The translations under genes and the position numbers were made by a program. Below are positions 28,311 to 37,713 of a DNA stretch of 64,000 bases, piece by piece (the stretch's first letter is position 1; every line of letters begins with the position of its first letter). The stretch comes from Bacteroidia bacterium (lineage in GTDB: Bacteria > Bacteroidota > Bacteroidia > NS11-12g > UBA955), in NCBI GenBank assembly GCA_040403495.1, contig JBBAKM010000004.1:23456-87455 (forward strand), given 5' to 3'. Below the pieces are notes generated by a model, which did not search any database, had not been told where the DNA came from, and saw nothing but the letters and a program-made list of their open reading frames with translations.

Positions 28311-31217
28311 ATGTTTTATAAATCTCTTTTTATTTTTACTTTCTTTGTTTTTACAAGTACACAAGCCCAATCTTGGCTTCAGTCTGCCGATTCAAGCGCT
28401 AGTTTTTTCGAAATTCAGAATAAATTTTACACCTACTGGAATCAACGCCCTATGGAAAAAGGGGCAGGATATACCGTTTTTAAAAGATGGGAATGGTTTT
28501 GGGAAACTAGGGTAGGTCAGTCGGGTCAATTCCCTAATCCTAATCATGACAGGTTGGAATGGAATAAATTCGACCAAAATAGTACCAAAAGAAACAGTAG
28601 CAAAAGCTGGAGAAGTATCGGTCCGTTTACCACTCCAAGTGGATACCATGGTTTGGGTAGAATTAATTGTGTGGCATTTCACCCAAGCGATAAATTTACA
28701 TTTTGGGTTGGTACACCCGGCGGTGGAATTTGGAAAACGGATGACATGGGTTTTACGTGGACTACCACATCGGATAAAAATCCTGTTCTTGGTGTTAGTA
28801 GTATCGCTATTCATCCTACTGTGCCTGACACCATGTATATAGCAACCGGCGATGGTGACCGAGGTAGTTTGTCGGGCATGACCGGTGGTGCAAGAGGAGA
28901 TAGTAAAAGTGTTGGTGTGTTAATGTCTGCTGATGGAGGTAAAACTTGGAAAACAACAGGACTGAATTGGCAAATAAACCAATCTTTCTTGATAAGAACG
29001 CTTATAATGAATCCAAAAAAACCATGGATTTTACATTGTGCAACTTCAGATGGAATCTACAGAACTCTTAATGCAGGAAAAACGTGGACAAGAGCAATTA
29101 CGGGTTACTACATGGATATTGAATTTAAACCAAACAATCCAAATGTTATTTTTGCAACTTCATTCGATTTGAATGGGAATGTCCGAATTTATAGGTCATT
29201 GAATGGTGGTGCGAATTATACATCGTTAAGAACTATTTCTAATGGGTCTAGAATAAAAATTGCTACAACAGCAGCAAACCCTAACAAAGTGCATTTTTTG
29301 GTGGCTCACAAAACGGGTGGAGGTTTAGAAGGGCTGTATGAAACCCTTGACAGTGGAAATACAATAGCAGTGAAGTTTAATACAAGTAACTTGCTGTCAA
29401 ATAAATATGACGGAAGTGGAACCACCGGACAAGGATGGTATGACTTGGCTTATGCTATTGCGCCTAACAATGAAAATATAGCCTTTTTGGGTGGTGTAAA
29501 TACATGGAAATCAACCAATGGTGGCAGCAATTGGACACTCAATAATTTTTGGACAGGTTATGAGCCATTTAATCCAGATCAAGTTAATGTTGTTCATGCA
29601 GATAAACATTTTTTAATGTATCACCCTTTAGATAATTCCTTGTTATTTGAATGTAATGATGGAGGCATTTACATGTCTTCTAATGCGGGTTCCTCTTGGA
29701 CCGATATAACAGGGAATATGGCCATTACTCAGTTTTACAGAATTGGTTATACCGAATCAGATTCTTCTTTGATAATAGGTGGAACCCAAGACAATGGTGC
29801 AAGGGTATTTAGAGACGAAGAATGGTATGAAGCAACAGGTGGTGATGGTATGGAATGTGCCATTGATTATAATAATTCTGACATCATATACTCTTCTTAT
29901 GCATACGGAAGATTGTACAGAAGCGATGATGGATTCCTTTCAGGAAATTATTCCACCATATCAGATAATATTCCCGAAGCAGGATCAGGTGCTTGGGTTA
30001 CGCCATTTTTAATCGACCCTAATGAGCCTTCAAAATTATATGCAGCCTATAAAACAGTATATATATCAAATGATTACGGTGATACTTGGGATGATATTTT
30101 TTCAAGTGTTACCAATAATTCTTTACTCAGAAATATAGCTGTTGCCAAAGGAGACAGTCGCTATATTTATGTAGGTGATTACTACAATATTTGGAAAACA
30201 GACAACGGCGGAACCACTTGGACCAAAATAGTATCTTCGTCCCCACAACCCATCACCATGATAAAAGCGCATCCAAGTAATCATAATATTATTTATTACA
30301 CACTTTCTTCATACAGTGCTGGTAATAAGGTGATTAAATTTAATAGTTCCATGCCAATTGGTTCTCAAAGAGAGAATATTTCTAGTAATTTACCCAATAT
30401 CAGTGTCAATTGTATCCAATTGTCCGCTGCCAAAAACGAAGCCATGTACATTGGGACTGACTTAGGGGTGTTTTATAGGGATTCTTCAAGTAACAGTTGG
30501 GAAGTTTTGAATGGTAATTTGCCTAATGTTGTCGTTACAGATATTGAGGTAAATATGACCCAAAATAAATTAGTGGCAGCTACCTACGGAAGAGGAATTT
30601 GGCAAACCAATTTGTTGGATGAGGAATTGGCAAAAGTGGTTAGTTTAAATCCAGCACAGTTAAGTATAAACAATTCGATTGCAAGCAAACCGGTAATTAA
30701 TTATAATAAACCGATAGTCAAAGGAATTGGAACCATTGTTATTAAAGAAAACGATGAAATTGTATCCATATTGAATGTAGATTCGAGCGCTGTAAGTATC
30801 AATGGAACTCAAGTTGAAATAAATCCGGGTGTTCAATTCAAGTTAAGTTCAACAGTGGATATAGAAATTCCTAATGGAACTTTTGTGGATTTGTTGGGAT
30901 ACAATGTGCTTGCAATGGCTAAAAATGCTTGGCAATTTAATATTGAAGCCTTTGTGTCAATTGAGGATTTAAAAAATGACCAATCTTTCAAGCTGTTTCC
31001 AAACCCTGTTCATCAATTGTTAAATGTGAGTATTAATAATGATTGGATTCATTCTGAATATGAAATTTTTGATTTTACAGGCAAACTGATTGAAAAAGGA
31101 GAATTTAATGCGTTGCAAAATGAAGTAGTTACATCTACTTATCAATCAGGGTTATACAGCTTGAAGATGAGTAAAGGGCAACAAGTGAAGACGCAATATT
31201 TTATCGTCAATCACTAA
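28311..31217 (+). CDS. BNR/sortilin(VPS10)-repeat protein with a T9SS C-terminal sorting domain.
   Basis: The product has many S-x-D-x-G-x-T-W-type repeats (TDDMGFTWT, SADGGKTWKT, NAGKTWT, TDNGGTTWT) and a C-terminal Por-secretion tail (KLFPNPVHQLLNV...YFIVNH). Confidence 0.75.
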   Translation: MFYKSLFIFTFFVFTSTQAQSWLQSADSSASFFEIQNKFYTYWNQRPMEKGAGYTVFKRWEWFWETRVGQSGQFPNPNHDRLEWNKFDQNSTKRNSSKSWRSIGPFTTPSGYHGLGRINCVAFHPSDKFTFWVGTPGGGIWKTDDMGFTWTTTSDKNPVLGVSSIAIHPTVPDTMYIATGDGDRGSLSGMTGGARGDSKSVGVLMSADGGKTWKTTGLNWQINQSFLIRTLIMNPKKPWILHCATSDGIYRTLNAGKTWTRAITGYYMDIEFKPNNPNVIFATSFDLNGNVRIYRSLNGGANYTSLRTISNGSRIKIATTAANPNKVHFLVAHKTGGGLEGLYETLDSGNTIAVKFNTSNLLSNKYDGSGTTGQGWYDLAYAIAPNNENIAFLGGVNTWKSTNGGSNWTLNNFWTGYEPFNPDQVNVVHADKHFLMYHPLDNSLLFECNDGGIYMSSNAGSSWTDITGNMAITQFYRIGYTESDSSLIIGGTQDNGARVFRDEEWYEATGGDGMECAIDYNNSDIIYSSYAYGRLYRSDDGFLSGNYSTISDNIPEAGSGAWVTPFLIDPNEPSKLYAAYKTVYISNDYGDTWDDIFSSVTNNSLLRNIAVAKGDSRYIYVGDYYNIWKTDNGGTTWTKIVSSSPQPITMIKAHPSNHNIIYYTLSSYSAGNKVIKFNSSMPIGSQRENISSNLPNISVNCIQLSAAKNEAMYIGTDLGVFYRDSSSNSWEVLNGNLPNVVVTDIEVNMTQNKLVAATYGRGIWQTNLLDEELAKVVSLNPAQLSINNSIASKPVINYNKPIVKGIGTIVIKENDEIVSILNVDSSAVSINGTQVEINPGVQFKLSSTVDIEIPNGTFVDLLGYNVLAMAKNAWQFNIEAFVSIEDLKNDQSFKLFPNPVHQLLNVSINNDWIHSEYEIFDFTGKLIEKGEFNALQNEVVTSTYQSGLYSLKMSKGQQVKTQYFIVNH

Positions 31218-31321
31218 AAATCCATTTAAGTAAACAGTATTAAGTTGCTGTGGATTTCATTCGTTATTCAAACTGACATAATTCAGTTACTTGGGTTAAT
31301 TTTGCCTTTTAACCCCTTTCC

Positions 31322-33871
31322 ATGGCATTTAAGAACAAAAACACATTTAGAAATGCTGCTGATGACTTTCAGCCAGAGGAGTCTGCTAAAAAAAGTCGTG
31401 TCAAAGGAAACTATTTTTCGTGGTTGAAAGACGAGAAAACCGCCAGAGTAATAGGTGCCTTTTTTGTGCTCTTTTCATTGTTTTTGTTCATGTCTTTTAT
31501 TTCTCATATTGTCAATTTATGGGGATTCGAAACCGATCAAGATTTATTGCTCTCTAATAGTTGGCAGTGGTACAAAACCAATAATCCCAAAGGTGCAGTT
31601 AACATGATGGGTTATTTGGGGGCATGGTTTAGCCACTTGTTTATTCACAAATGGTTTGGAGTTGCCTCTTTTGTGTGGCTATTAACTTTTTTTACATTGG
31701 GTACCAAAATGTTGTTCAATTGGCAATTGTATCCATTGTTAAAAACATTAAGATATTCCTTTTTCATCGTTATTTGGGTGTCAATGTTAATGGGTTTCTT
31801 GTTCTATAAACACAGCTTGTTTATGGGTGGTGGATTTGGTTATTACGGCGTGTCATGGTTGAGCTCATTGTTCGGTAAGTTAGGCGTTGTTCTGTTCTTG
31901 TTGTTGTATGCTTTTATGTTTGCAACTATTGTTTACAATTTAGATTTTAAATCAATTAAAAGAAGTAGTTTAATAGATGACAAGGAATCAAACACACCGG
32001 GTGTGCCGTTTTCTGAACATGAATTGGAAGCAGAGTCTATCAAAAATGAATTTTTAAATCAAGATTCCCCATTTGATGTAACGGCTAGTGAAATAGAAGA
32101 AGAGGATGAAGGTATAGAACTAATAACGATTAATCAAACACCTGAAATAAAAGAAGAAATAGAACTCGAGGAAATGATGAATCCTCAAGTTGTTAGTTTT
32201 GATGTAAACAATACCCCTAAACCAATTTCGAAAACTCAACCGAATTTTGAACTTAAAATAGAAGCACCGCAAGAGGAAGAATTAGTAATTGTTCAACCTG
32301 TAAGCGAACCTGTATTGGATACATCAAATTCTGTCGCTCCTATTACAGCTTCTTTTGGTGATGATTCTCAGTACGACCCACGTTTAGATTTGGCGGGTTA
32401 TCAAATGCCAACCATAGATTTATTGCAGGACTATGAAGTGGCCAAAACAGAGATAGACAGAACAGAACTTGAGCACAGTAAAAACCTAATCATTGAAACA
32501 CTCAAAAACTACAACATTGGTATTTCTGAGATTAAGGCAAACATAGGTCCTACGGTAACTTTATACGAAATAATTCCTGCACCGGGGGTTAAAATTTCGA
32601 GAATTAAAAATCTGGAAGACGATATAGCGCTCAGTTTGGCAGCTTTGGGAATTCGTATTATTGCCCCTATTCCCGGAAAAGGAACCATAGGGATAGAAGT
32701 GCCGAACAAAAAGCCCGAAATGGTCCCTATGAAATCCATGGTGGCAAGTAAAAAGTTTCAAGAGTGTGCTTATGAGTTGCCTGTAATATTAGGAAAAACA
32801 ATATCTAATGAAATTTATATAGCAGATTTAGCCAAAATGCCGCATTTGTTGTGTGCTGGAGCCACAGGTCAAGGTAAGTCTGTGGGTCTTAATACCATTA
32901 TTTGTTCGCTGTTGTACAAAAAACATCCTTCCGAATTAAAATTTGTATTAATCGATCCTAAAAAAGTTGAGTTAACACTTTATAACAAAATTGAAAGACA
33001 TTTCTTAGCCAAATTGCCTGGAGATGGAGATGCTATTATTACTGATACCAAATTGGTGACCAATACATTGAATTCATTGTGTATGGAAATGGATGAGCGT
33101 TACGATTTGTTGAAATCGGCGGGTAAGCGTAATATCATTGAGTACAATACGAAGTTCAAAGAAAGAAAATTATTACCAACAGAAGGGCATCGTTTTTTGC
33201 CATACATAGTGGTAGTGATAGACGAGGTTGCCGATTTAATGATGACCGCAGGTAGGGAAGTAGAAACGCCAATTGCTAGGTTAGCTCAGTTGGCTAGGGC
33301 AGTAGGTATTCACGTTATTTTGGCAACACAAAGGCCATCAGTAAATATTATTACAGGTACTATCAAAGCGAATTTCCCTGCGCGATTAGCTTTTAGAGTC
33401 ACCTCCAAAATAGATTCTCGTACGATTTTAGACAGCAATGGTGCCGACCAACTGATAGGAAAGGGAGATATGTTGTTTAGTACAGGCAACGATTTATTGC
33501 GATTGCAATGTCCATTTGTTGACACCCCTGAGGTGGAACGTATTACAGAATTTATAGGAAATCAAAGAGGATATAGTAGTGCCATGATATTGCCTGAGTT
33601 TAGGGGCGATGAAGACGGTGGTGCAAGAGATGATTTCGATCCTAATGACCGTGATGCTTTGTTTGAAGAAGCAGCCAGATTAATAGTTCAAACCCAACAA
33701 GGCAGTACCTCATTAATTCAAAGAAAATTGAAATTGGGCTACAACAGGGCAGGTCGTTTGATTGATCAATTAGAACAAGCAGGCATAGTGGGTCATTTTG
33801 AAGGGGCCAAAGCCAGAAAGGTATTAATACCAGACGAAGCCAGCTTAGATCAGTTTTTGGATAATATGTAG
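31322..33871 (+). CDS. ftsK: DNA translocase FtsK/SpoIIIE.
   Basis: The product has an N-terminal TM domain, a low-complexity linker, a motor domain (HLLCAGATGQGKSVGLNTII Walker A; VVVIDEVADLMM) and a C-terminal gamma winged helix. Confidence 0.95.
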   Translation: MAFKNKNTFRNAADDFQPEESAKKSRVKGNYFSWLKDEKTARVIGAFFVLFSLFLFMSFISHIVNLWGFETDQDLLLSNSWQWYKTNNPKGAVNMMGYLGAWFSHLFIHKWFGVASFVWLLTFFTLGTKMLFNWQLYPLLKTLRYSFFIVIWVSMLMGFLFYKHSLFMGGGFGYYGVSWLSSLFGKLGVVLFLLLYAFMFATIVYNLDFKSIKRSSLIDDKESNTPGVPFSEHELEAESIKNEFLNQDSPFDVTASEIEEEDEGIELITINQTPEIKEEIELEEMMNPQVVSFDVNNTPKPISKTQPNFELKIEAPQEEELVIVQPVSEPVLDTSNSVAPITASFGDDSQYDPRLDLAGYQMPTIDLLQDYEVAKTEIDRTELEHSKNLIIETLKNYNIGISEIKANIGPTVTLYEIIPAPGVKISRIKNLEDDIALSLAALGIRIIAPIPGKGTIGIEVPNKKPEMVPMKSMVASKKFQECAYELPVILGKTISNEIYIADLAKMPHLLCAGATGQGKSVGLNTIICSLLYKKHPSELKFVLIDPKKVELTLYNKIERHFLAKLPGDGDAIITDTKLVTNTLNSLCMEMDERYDLLKSAGKRNIIEYNTKFKERKLLPTEGHRFLPYIVVVIDEVADLMMTAGREVETPIARLAQLARAVGIHVILATQRPSVNIITGTIKANFPARLAFRVTSKIDSRTILDSNGADQLIGKGDMLFSTGNDLLRLQCPFVDTPEVERITEFIGNQRGYSSAMILPEFRGDEDGGARDDFDPNDRDALFEEAARLIVQTQQGSTSLIQRKLKLGYNRAGRLIDQLEQAGIVGHFEGAKARKVLIPDEASLDQFLDNM

Positions 33872-33998
33872 AACCGAATTAGTATTTAGTTCTAAATGCG
33901 ATAGAGGTTATTAAAATATAATACTTTTGGTGTTAAAATGGTGGAGCGATTAGTTTAAAATATTTACTTGTATTTATTCGTAAATACATAATAGCATT

Positions 33999-34385
33999 TT
34001 ATGCCCATTCTTGTCTAATCTTATATTTCTTAATTATATTATCTTTAGTAATTAGGGTCAAGTTTTCTGTTAGTGCTTGAGAAACAATTAGTCTATCAAA
34101 TGGGTCGCTGTGATGACTTGGTAATTTTGAAAGAGTTAGTAAATGGTCATTCGAAATTTGTATTATCTCGATTTGGTTACGTTCGGTATATTCAAACAAT
34201 TCTTCTAAAGAAATATCTAATGTCAATTTCCCAATTTGATGTTTAATTGTAATTTCCCAGAAACTTGCTATACTCAAGAAACAATGTTCATTAATGTCTT
34301 TTATTTTGGTTTTAATGCTTTCAGGAAGTTGCTTGTCGCCAGCAACAAACCATAGGAAAGTATGCGTATCAAGAAGATATGCCAT
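33999..34385 (-). CDS. vapC: PIN-domain toxin (VapC family).
   Basis: The 128-aa product has MAYLLDTHTFLWF... with conserved acidic residues. Its start overlaps the upstream antitoxin stop. Confidence 0.8.
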   Translation of the reverse strand: MAYLLDTHTFLWFVAGDKQLPESIKTKIKDINEHCFLSIASFWEITIKHQIGKLTLDISLEELFEYTERNQIEIIQISNDHLLTLSKLPSHHSDPFDRLIVSQALTENLTLITKDNIIKKYKIRQEWA

Positions 34386-34588
34386 TAAATATAGTCTTTA
34401 AAAATATCTAATGATTCATCAAAATCTTTGGCAAGCTTAATTTTGCCTTTAGCATATCCAAATTCCCTGAACTTTATTTTGTTCTTTTTCTTATTTTTCA
34501 TTTTAAGAAACGCAACAAAGTCGGCAACTTCTTTTCGAAGTGAGATTGGTAATGACTCAATTTCTATTTTAAGCGATGGGTTGGTCAT
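34385..34588 (-). CDS. vapB: VapB-type antitoxin (DUF2281-like). The start is likely the internal Met MTNPSLKIEI.
   Basis: A small protein encoded immediately upstream of vapC and overlapping it. The ORF track's longer start adds a hydrophobic leader. Confidence 0.55.
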   Translation of the reverse strand: MTNPSLKIEIESLPISLRKEVADFVAFLKMKNKKKNKIKFREFGYAKGKIKLAKDFDESLDIFKDYI

Positions 34589-34754
34589 ACCACAAATATA
34601 CAAAAATAATTTTAAAGTAAATAAGTATTTCCAAAATAATATCATCAAAAACTTTAAGATTATGCTTCCGATATTTCCTGTGTTTGCTTTGTTTCAAATA
34701 ACATATTTGGAAGAATAATTTGTATTCAATTGAAAATACATTAATTTTGAAACT

Positions 34755-34982
34755 ATGAAAACTTTGACAGTAAATATACCCGACAATTTAGATTTGACAA
34801 ATCGGGAATTGCTCATGCTAGTTGCTTCAAAATTGTACGAACAAGGTAAATTATCTCTTGGACAAGCAGCTGATCTTGTTGGATTATCTAAGCGAACTTT
34901 TGCTGAGTTATTACATCAATACAATGTTTCTGTTTTCAATTTTCCGACATCAGATTTAATAAGTGATGTAAAGAATGCGTAA
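34755..34982 (+). CDS. UPF0175-family antitoxin.
   Basis: The 75-aa product has ...LMLVASKLYEQGKLSLGQAADLVGLSKRTFAELL..., typical of UPF0175. It overlaps the downstream DUF3368 gene by 8 nt. Confidence 0.75.
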   Translation: MKTLTVNIPDNLDLTNRELLMLVASKLYEQGKLSLGQAADLVGLSKRTFAELLHQYNVSVFNFPTSDLISDVKNA

Positions 34983-35430
34983 GACCATTATCTCAGACAC
35001 AAGTTGTTTAAATGTTTTGTCAAATATTGGTGAACTTGAATTGTTAAAAAAAGTATATGATCAAATTATAACAACCTCAGACATTGAAAATGAATTTGGA
35101 GAGGAATTGCCTGATTGGATAGTTGTTGAAAATGTAAAAGACCTATCCACTCAAAAAGTATTAGAACTTCAGATAGATAAGGGAGAATCTAGTGCCATTT
35201 CATTGGCCTTGGAGTTGCCAGACAGCACTTTAATTTTAGATGATTATAAAGCTAGAAAAATTGCTCAATAATTAGGTCTTAAAATTACAGGAACAATTGG
35301 AGTAATTGTAAAAGCTAAATTAAATGGGATTATCCCTTCAATAAAACCTTACATTGAGAAAATAAAAGAAACAAATTTTAGAGTTTCTGATGAAATAGAA
35401 ATTGAAGCTTTAAAACAGGCTGATGAGTAA
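34975..35430 (+). pseudogene. DUF3368-family (PIN-like) toxin gene interrupted by an in-frame TAA at 35269-35271.
   Basis: The N-terminal 98 codons end ...DDYKARKIAQ*. The same frame continues directly as LGLKITGTIGVIVKAKLNGIIPSIKPYIEKIKETNFRVSDEIEIEALKQADE*, the conserved DUF3368 C-terminus. That makes this a single nonsense change in a full-length toxin. Confidence 0.7.
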
Positions 35431-35570
35431 GATTTAAAAATGACAGCTAAGTAGTTTGGCTGTTCAAATATAGCTTTTTTTGGATTTTCAAGTGTCTTAT
35501 AATTACACTTAACATAATCTTATAAAAGGAATAAGATTGTATTTTAAAAATTACTTATTCTTGTAGTACA

Positions 35571-35831
35571 ATGAAAATTGATAAAACGGTTTTTGGTATG
35601 TATAAAAAAGTCGAAAAACCGAATGTCTTTAAATATTGGCAAACTAAAACGGTTAAAGAAAGACTTCTTGCAGTAGCCTATTTAAATAGTGTGGCATTTA
35701 ATTACGATATCAATAATCCACCTAAAGTTGATAGAACGGTATTTTCTATTGAAAAAAGAGAGAAAAGAATAATTAATGATTTAAAATGGCAAAACAATCT
35801 TCAGCAAGACCTCTTGATATCAATGATTTAG
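35571..35831 (+). CDS. Hypothetical small protein.
   Basis: The 86-aa ORF has no recognisable domain and lies inside the TA island. Confidence 0.3.
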   Translation: MKIDKTVFGMYKKVEKPNVFKYWQTKTVKERLLAVAYLNSVAFNYDINNPPKVDRTVFSIEKREKRIINDLKWQNNLQQDLLISMI

Positions 35832-35894
35832 AAAATTTGAATTAAAATTTTTAATTAAAATTACATATTTTATTAGCTCTTTTTTAAATGTTAG

Positions 35895-35992
35895 CATCAA
35901 GTTAACCCTCCAAAAGTTAAGCTTTTTGGAGAGTTGATTATCCAAAAAGACAGATATTCGGAGAGTTGACTCTCCAAAAGTAGGGAATTTTG
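35895..35992. repeat. Cluster of three related hairpins sharing a TCCAAAAG core.
   Basis: The hairpins are CTCCAAAAgttaagctTTTTGGAG, GGAGAGttgaCTCTCC and TCCAAAAgtagggaaTTTTGGA. They lie between two convergent genes and none has a U-tract. Confidence 0.4.
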
Positions 35993-36025
35993 GATATTTG
36001 TTTTATTTTAATATTGTAACTTGTA

Positions 36026-36373
36026 TTACTTTATTTTATTGATAAGCTTTTGATTTTGATCTCTCAAGTATTTATTTTCTTCTTTCAATAGCTTAATTTC
36101 GTTTTCTTGAATCATTAATTGATGGATATATCCATAATTGTAATTAACTGAGTTTTCTGAATTATTGAAATTGTTAGTTACGTTATTGCTGAGAAGTTCA
36201 TTAAAATCGATTTCATAAATTTTAGCAAATTTAATCAACTTAGAAATATCTGGTTTAATTTTGCCAGTTTCAATTTTACTGTAATCTGATTGTTCAATTC
36301 CAAGCTCTGATGCAATTTTTTGCTGATCCCAACCTTTTTCTAGTCTTAATTTTTTTAGATTTTTGTGTATCAT
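36026..36373 (-). CDS. XRE-family helix-turn-helix transcriptional regulator with a C-terminal coiled-coil.
   Basis: The product has LKKLRLEKGWDQQKIASELGIEQSDYSKIETGK (HTH_3). It is divergent from the first lipoprotein/OMP module. Confidence 0.8.
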   Translation of the reverse strand: MIHKNLKKLRLEKGWDQQKIASELGIEQSDYSKIETGKIKPDISKLIKFAKIYEIDFNELLSNNVTNNFNNSENSVNYNYGYIHQLMIQENEIKLLKEENKYLRDQNQKLINKIK

Positions 36374-36486
36374 TATTAATATATTTGTTTTATTTTTTTA
36401 GGAAATTATGAAGACTCAATAAATTTAATTATTTTCGATTCGTTATTTTAAATATTGATTCAAACACTAATGAAAAAAACTCGCAT
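36347..36486 (+). promoter_or_regulatory. Leader/promoter block, copy 1, shared by both lipoprotein-OMP modules.
   Basis: Bases 36391-36486 (tatatttgttttatttttttaggaaattatgaagactcaataaatttaattattttcgattcgttattttaaatattgattcaaacactaatgaaaaaaactcgc) are near-identical to 39936-40034. Confidence 0.6.
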
Positions 36487-37713
36487 TTGAAAGGTAATAA
36501 AATTTTATACATTTTAATTGTTTTTCTATCAATGTCATGTTACAAAGAATACAAGATAGAAAATAAAAGTTATTATGTAATGACTGGAGGGATAGTTAAT
36601 GGCTATCCCCCTTTTTTTATCCTATATAAATGTGATTTGTTTTCTACTACAAAACTTCCATATTCTGAATTTGATATAGTAGTTTCAGATGATTTCGGGA
36701 ATGTAGATTCAATGGTTAACGGATTGTTCAATAAAATAATTGGTATACCTGGACGTTCATATTTAGTTAAATGGAAGCTTAAGTTTGATGATACATGGAA
36801 TCAGTTTAGTAAGCAAATGCCGGCTTTTAATATAGATGCTTATAGTGGGTATGTTGAAAATTCAAAGTATAAAGTAAATTCTCCAGATAATTATGAATAT
36901 TTTTTGGCTTACAAATCAAACAATTCAGATTATTTCAATTTGTTTATAGATGGGTTATTCAACCCAATTGATATAGGTAGTGCATTTTTTAAATTAGATA
37001 AATCAAACAATACACTAAACATCTGGCCACCTGCAAATATAGAGATTTCAAATTCAGATAGAAAGGGTATAGAATTTACAAATTATAATTGTTACAAACC
37101 ATTTATTTGGGAAAAAAAGTATTTTAAGTTTGGAAATAAAACAGATGAATTTTTTTTAAAAGACATTTTGTCATTATACTCTGTAAATCAAAATGATATG
37201 CAGAATATAGTGAATGGGAGTTTTAATTTTGCTTATCAAGATCAGCCGTTGTTTATAGGCGAATCGGTAAAATATGATACAAAAAGGAATAATCAATATA
37301 CTATAACTTATTTCATTACAAGTTATAAGGATTTTAATTTTGATAAAGTTGTTGACACCTCTGGTTCAGTTGATTTTGAAATAAAACTAAATAATCAACC
37401 ACTAGATTTAACTAAATATGAAATTGGAAATGTTGGATTTAACATATTGGATAATGATAATTTTAAATTTAATAATATTTACAAATTCTTCGATTCAAAT
37501 AAAACAATCGGCAAATTGTTTAATAAAGATTTTGTAGATTATGTTTTTAATAAAGAAAGTAAAAATAATCAATGTGTTGTTAAGTCAAGTTATAATATTA
37601 GAGTAGTAGTTTATTTTTATGAAAGGTCAAATCCTAATATTAGAAAAACACATTTTGAATTATTAAATTATGATAAAAGCGTTAATAAAATCCAAATAAA
37701 TTTGATTGATTGA
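36487..37713 (+). CDS. Lipoprotein of unknown function (module 1, partner A).
   Basis: The 408-aa product has a lipobox FLSMSCYKEYK and is a ~25-30% identical paralog of the 40035-41210 product, with shared motifs KWKL, NIWPP and CYKPFIW. Its stop overlaps the downstream OMP start (ATGA). Confidence 0.6.
   Translation: MKGNKILYILIVFLSMSCYKEYKIENKSYYVMTGGIVNGYPPFFILYKCDLFSTTKLPYSEFDIVVSDDFGNVDSMVNGLFNKIIGIPGRSYLVKWKLKFDDTWNQFSKQMPAFNIDAYSGYVENSKYKVNSPDNYEYFLAYKSNNSDYFNLFIDGLFNPIDIGSAFFKLDKSNNTLNIWPPANIEISNSDRKGIEFTNYNCYKPFIWEKKYFKFGNKTDEFFLKDILSLYSVNQNDMQNIVNGSFNFAYQDQPLFIGESVKYDTKRNNQYTITYFITSYKDFNFDKVVDTSGSVDFEIKLNNQPLDLTKYEIGNVGFNILDNDNFKFNNIYKFFDSNKTIGKLFNKDFVDYVFNKESKNNQCVVKSSYNIRVVVYFYERSNPNIRKTHFELLNYDKSVNKIQINLID

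Noticed and set aside
28311-31217. BNR-repeat T9SS protein as a phage-defence or novel element.
   Set aside because: It is a common Bacteroidota secreted glycosidase/sortilin-like architecture, and there is no unusual context beyond its proximity to ftsK.
34385-34648. Long N-terminal extension (MMILFWKYLFTLKLFLYICG...) of the VapB-like antitoxin.
   Set aside because: It is a hydrophobic, low-complexity leader created by choosing the first ATG. The internal Met (MTNPSLKIEI) gives a typical ~67-aa antitoxin.
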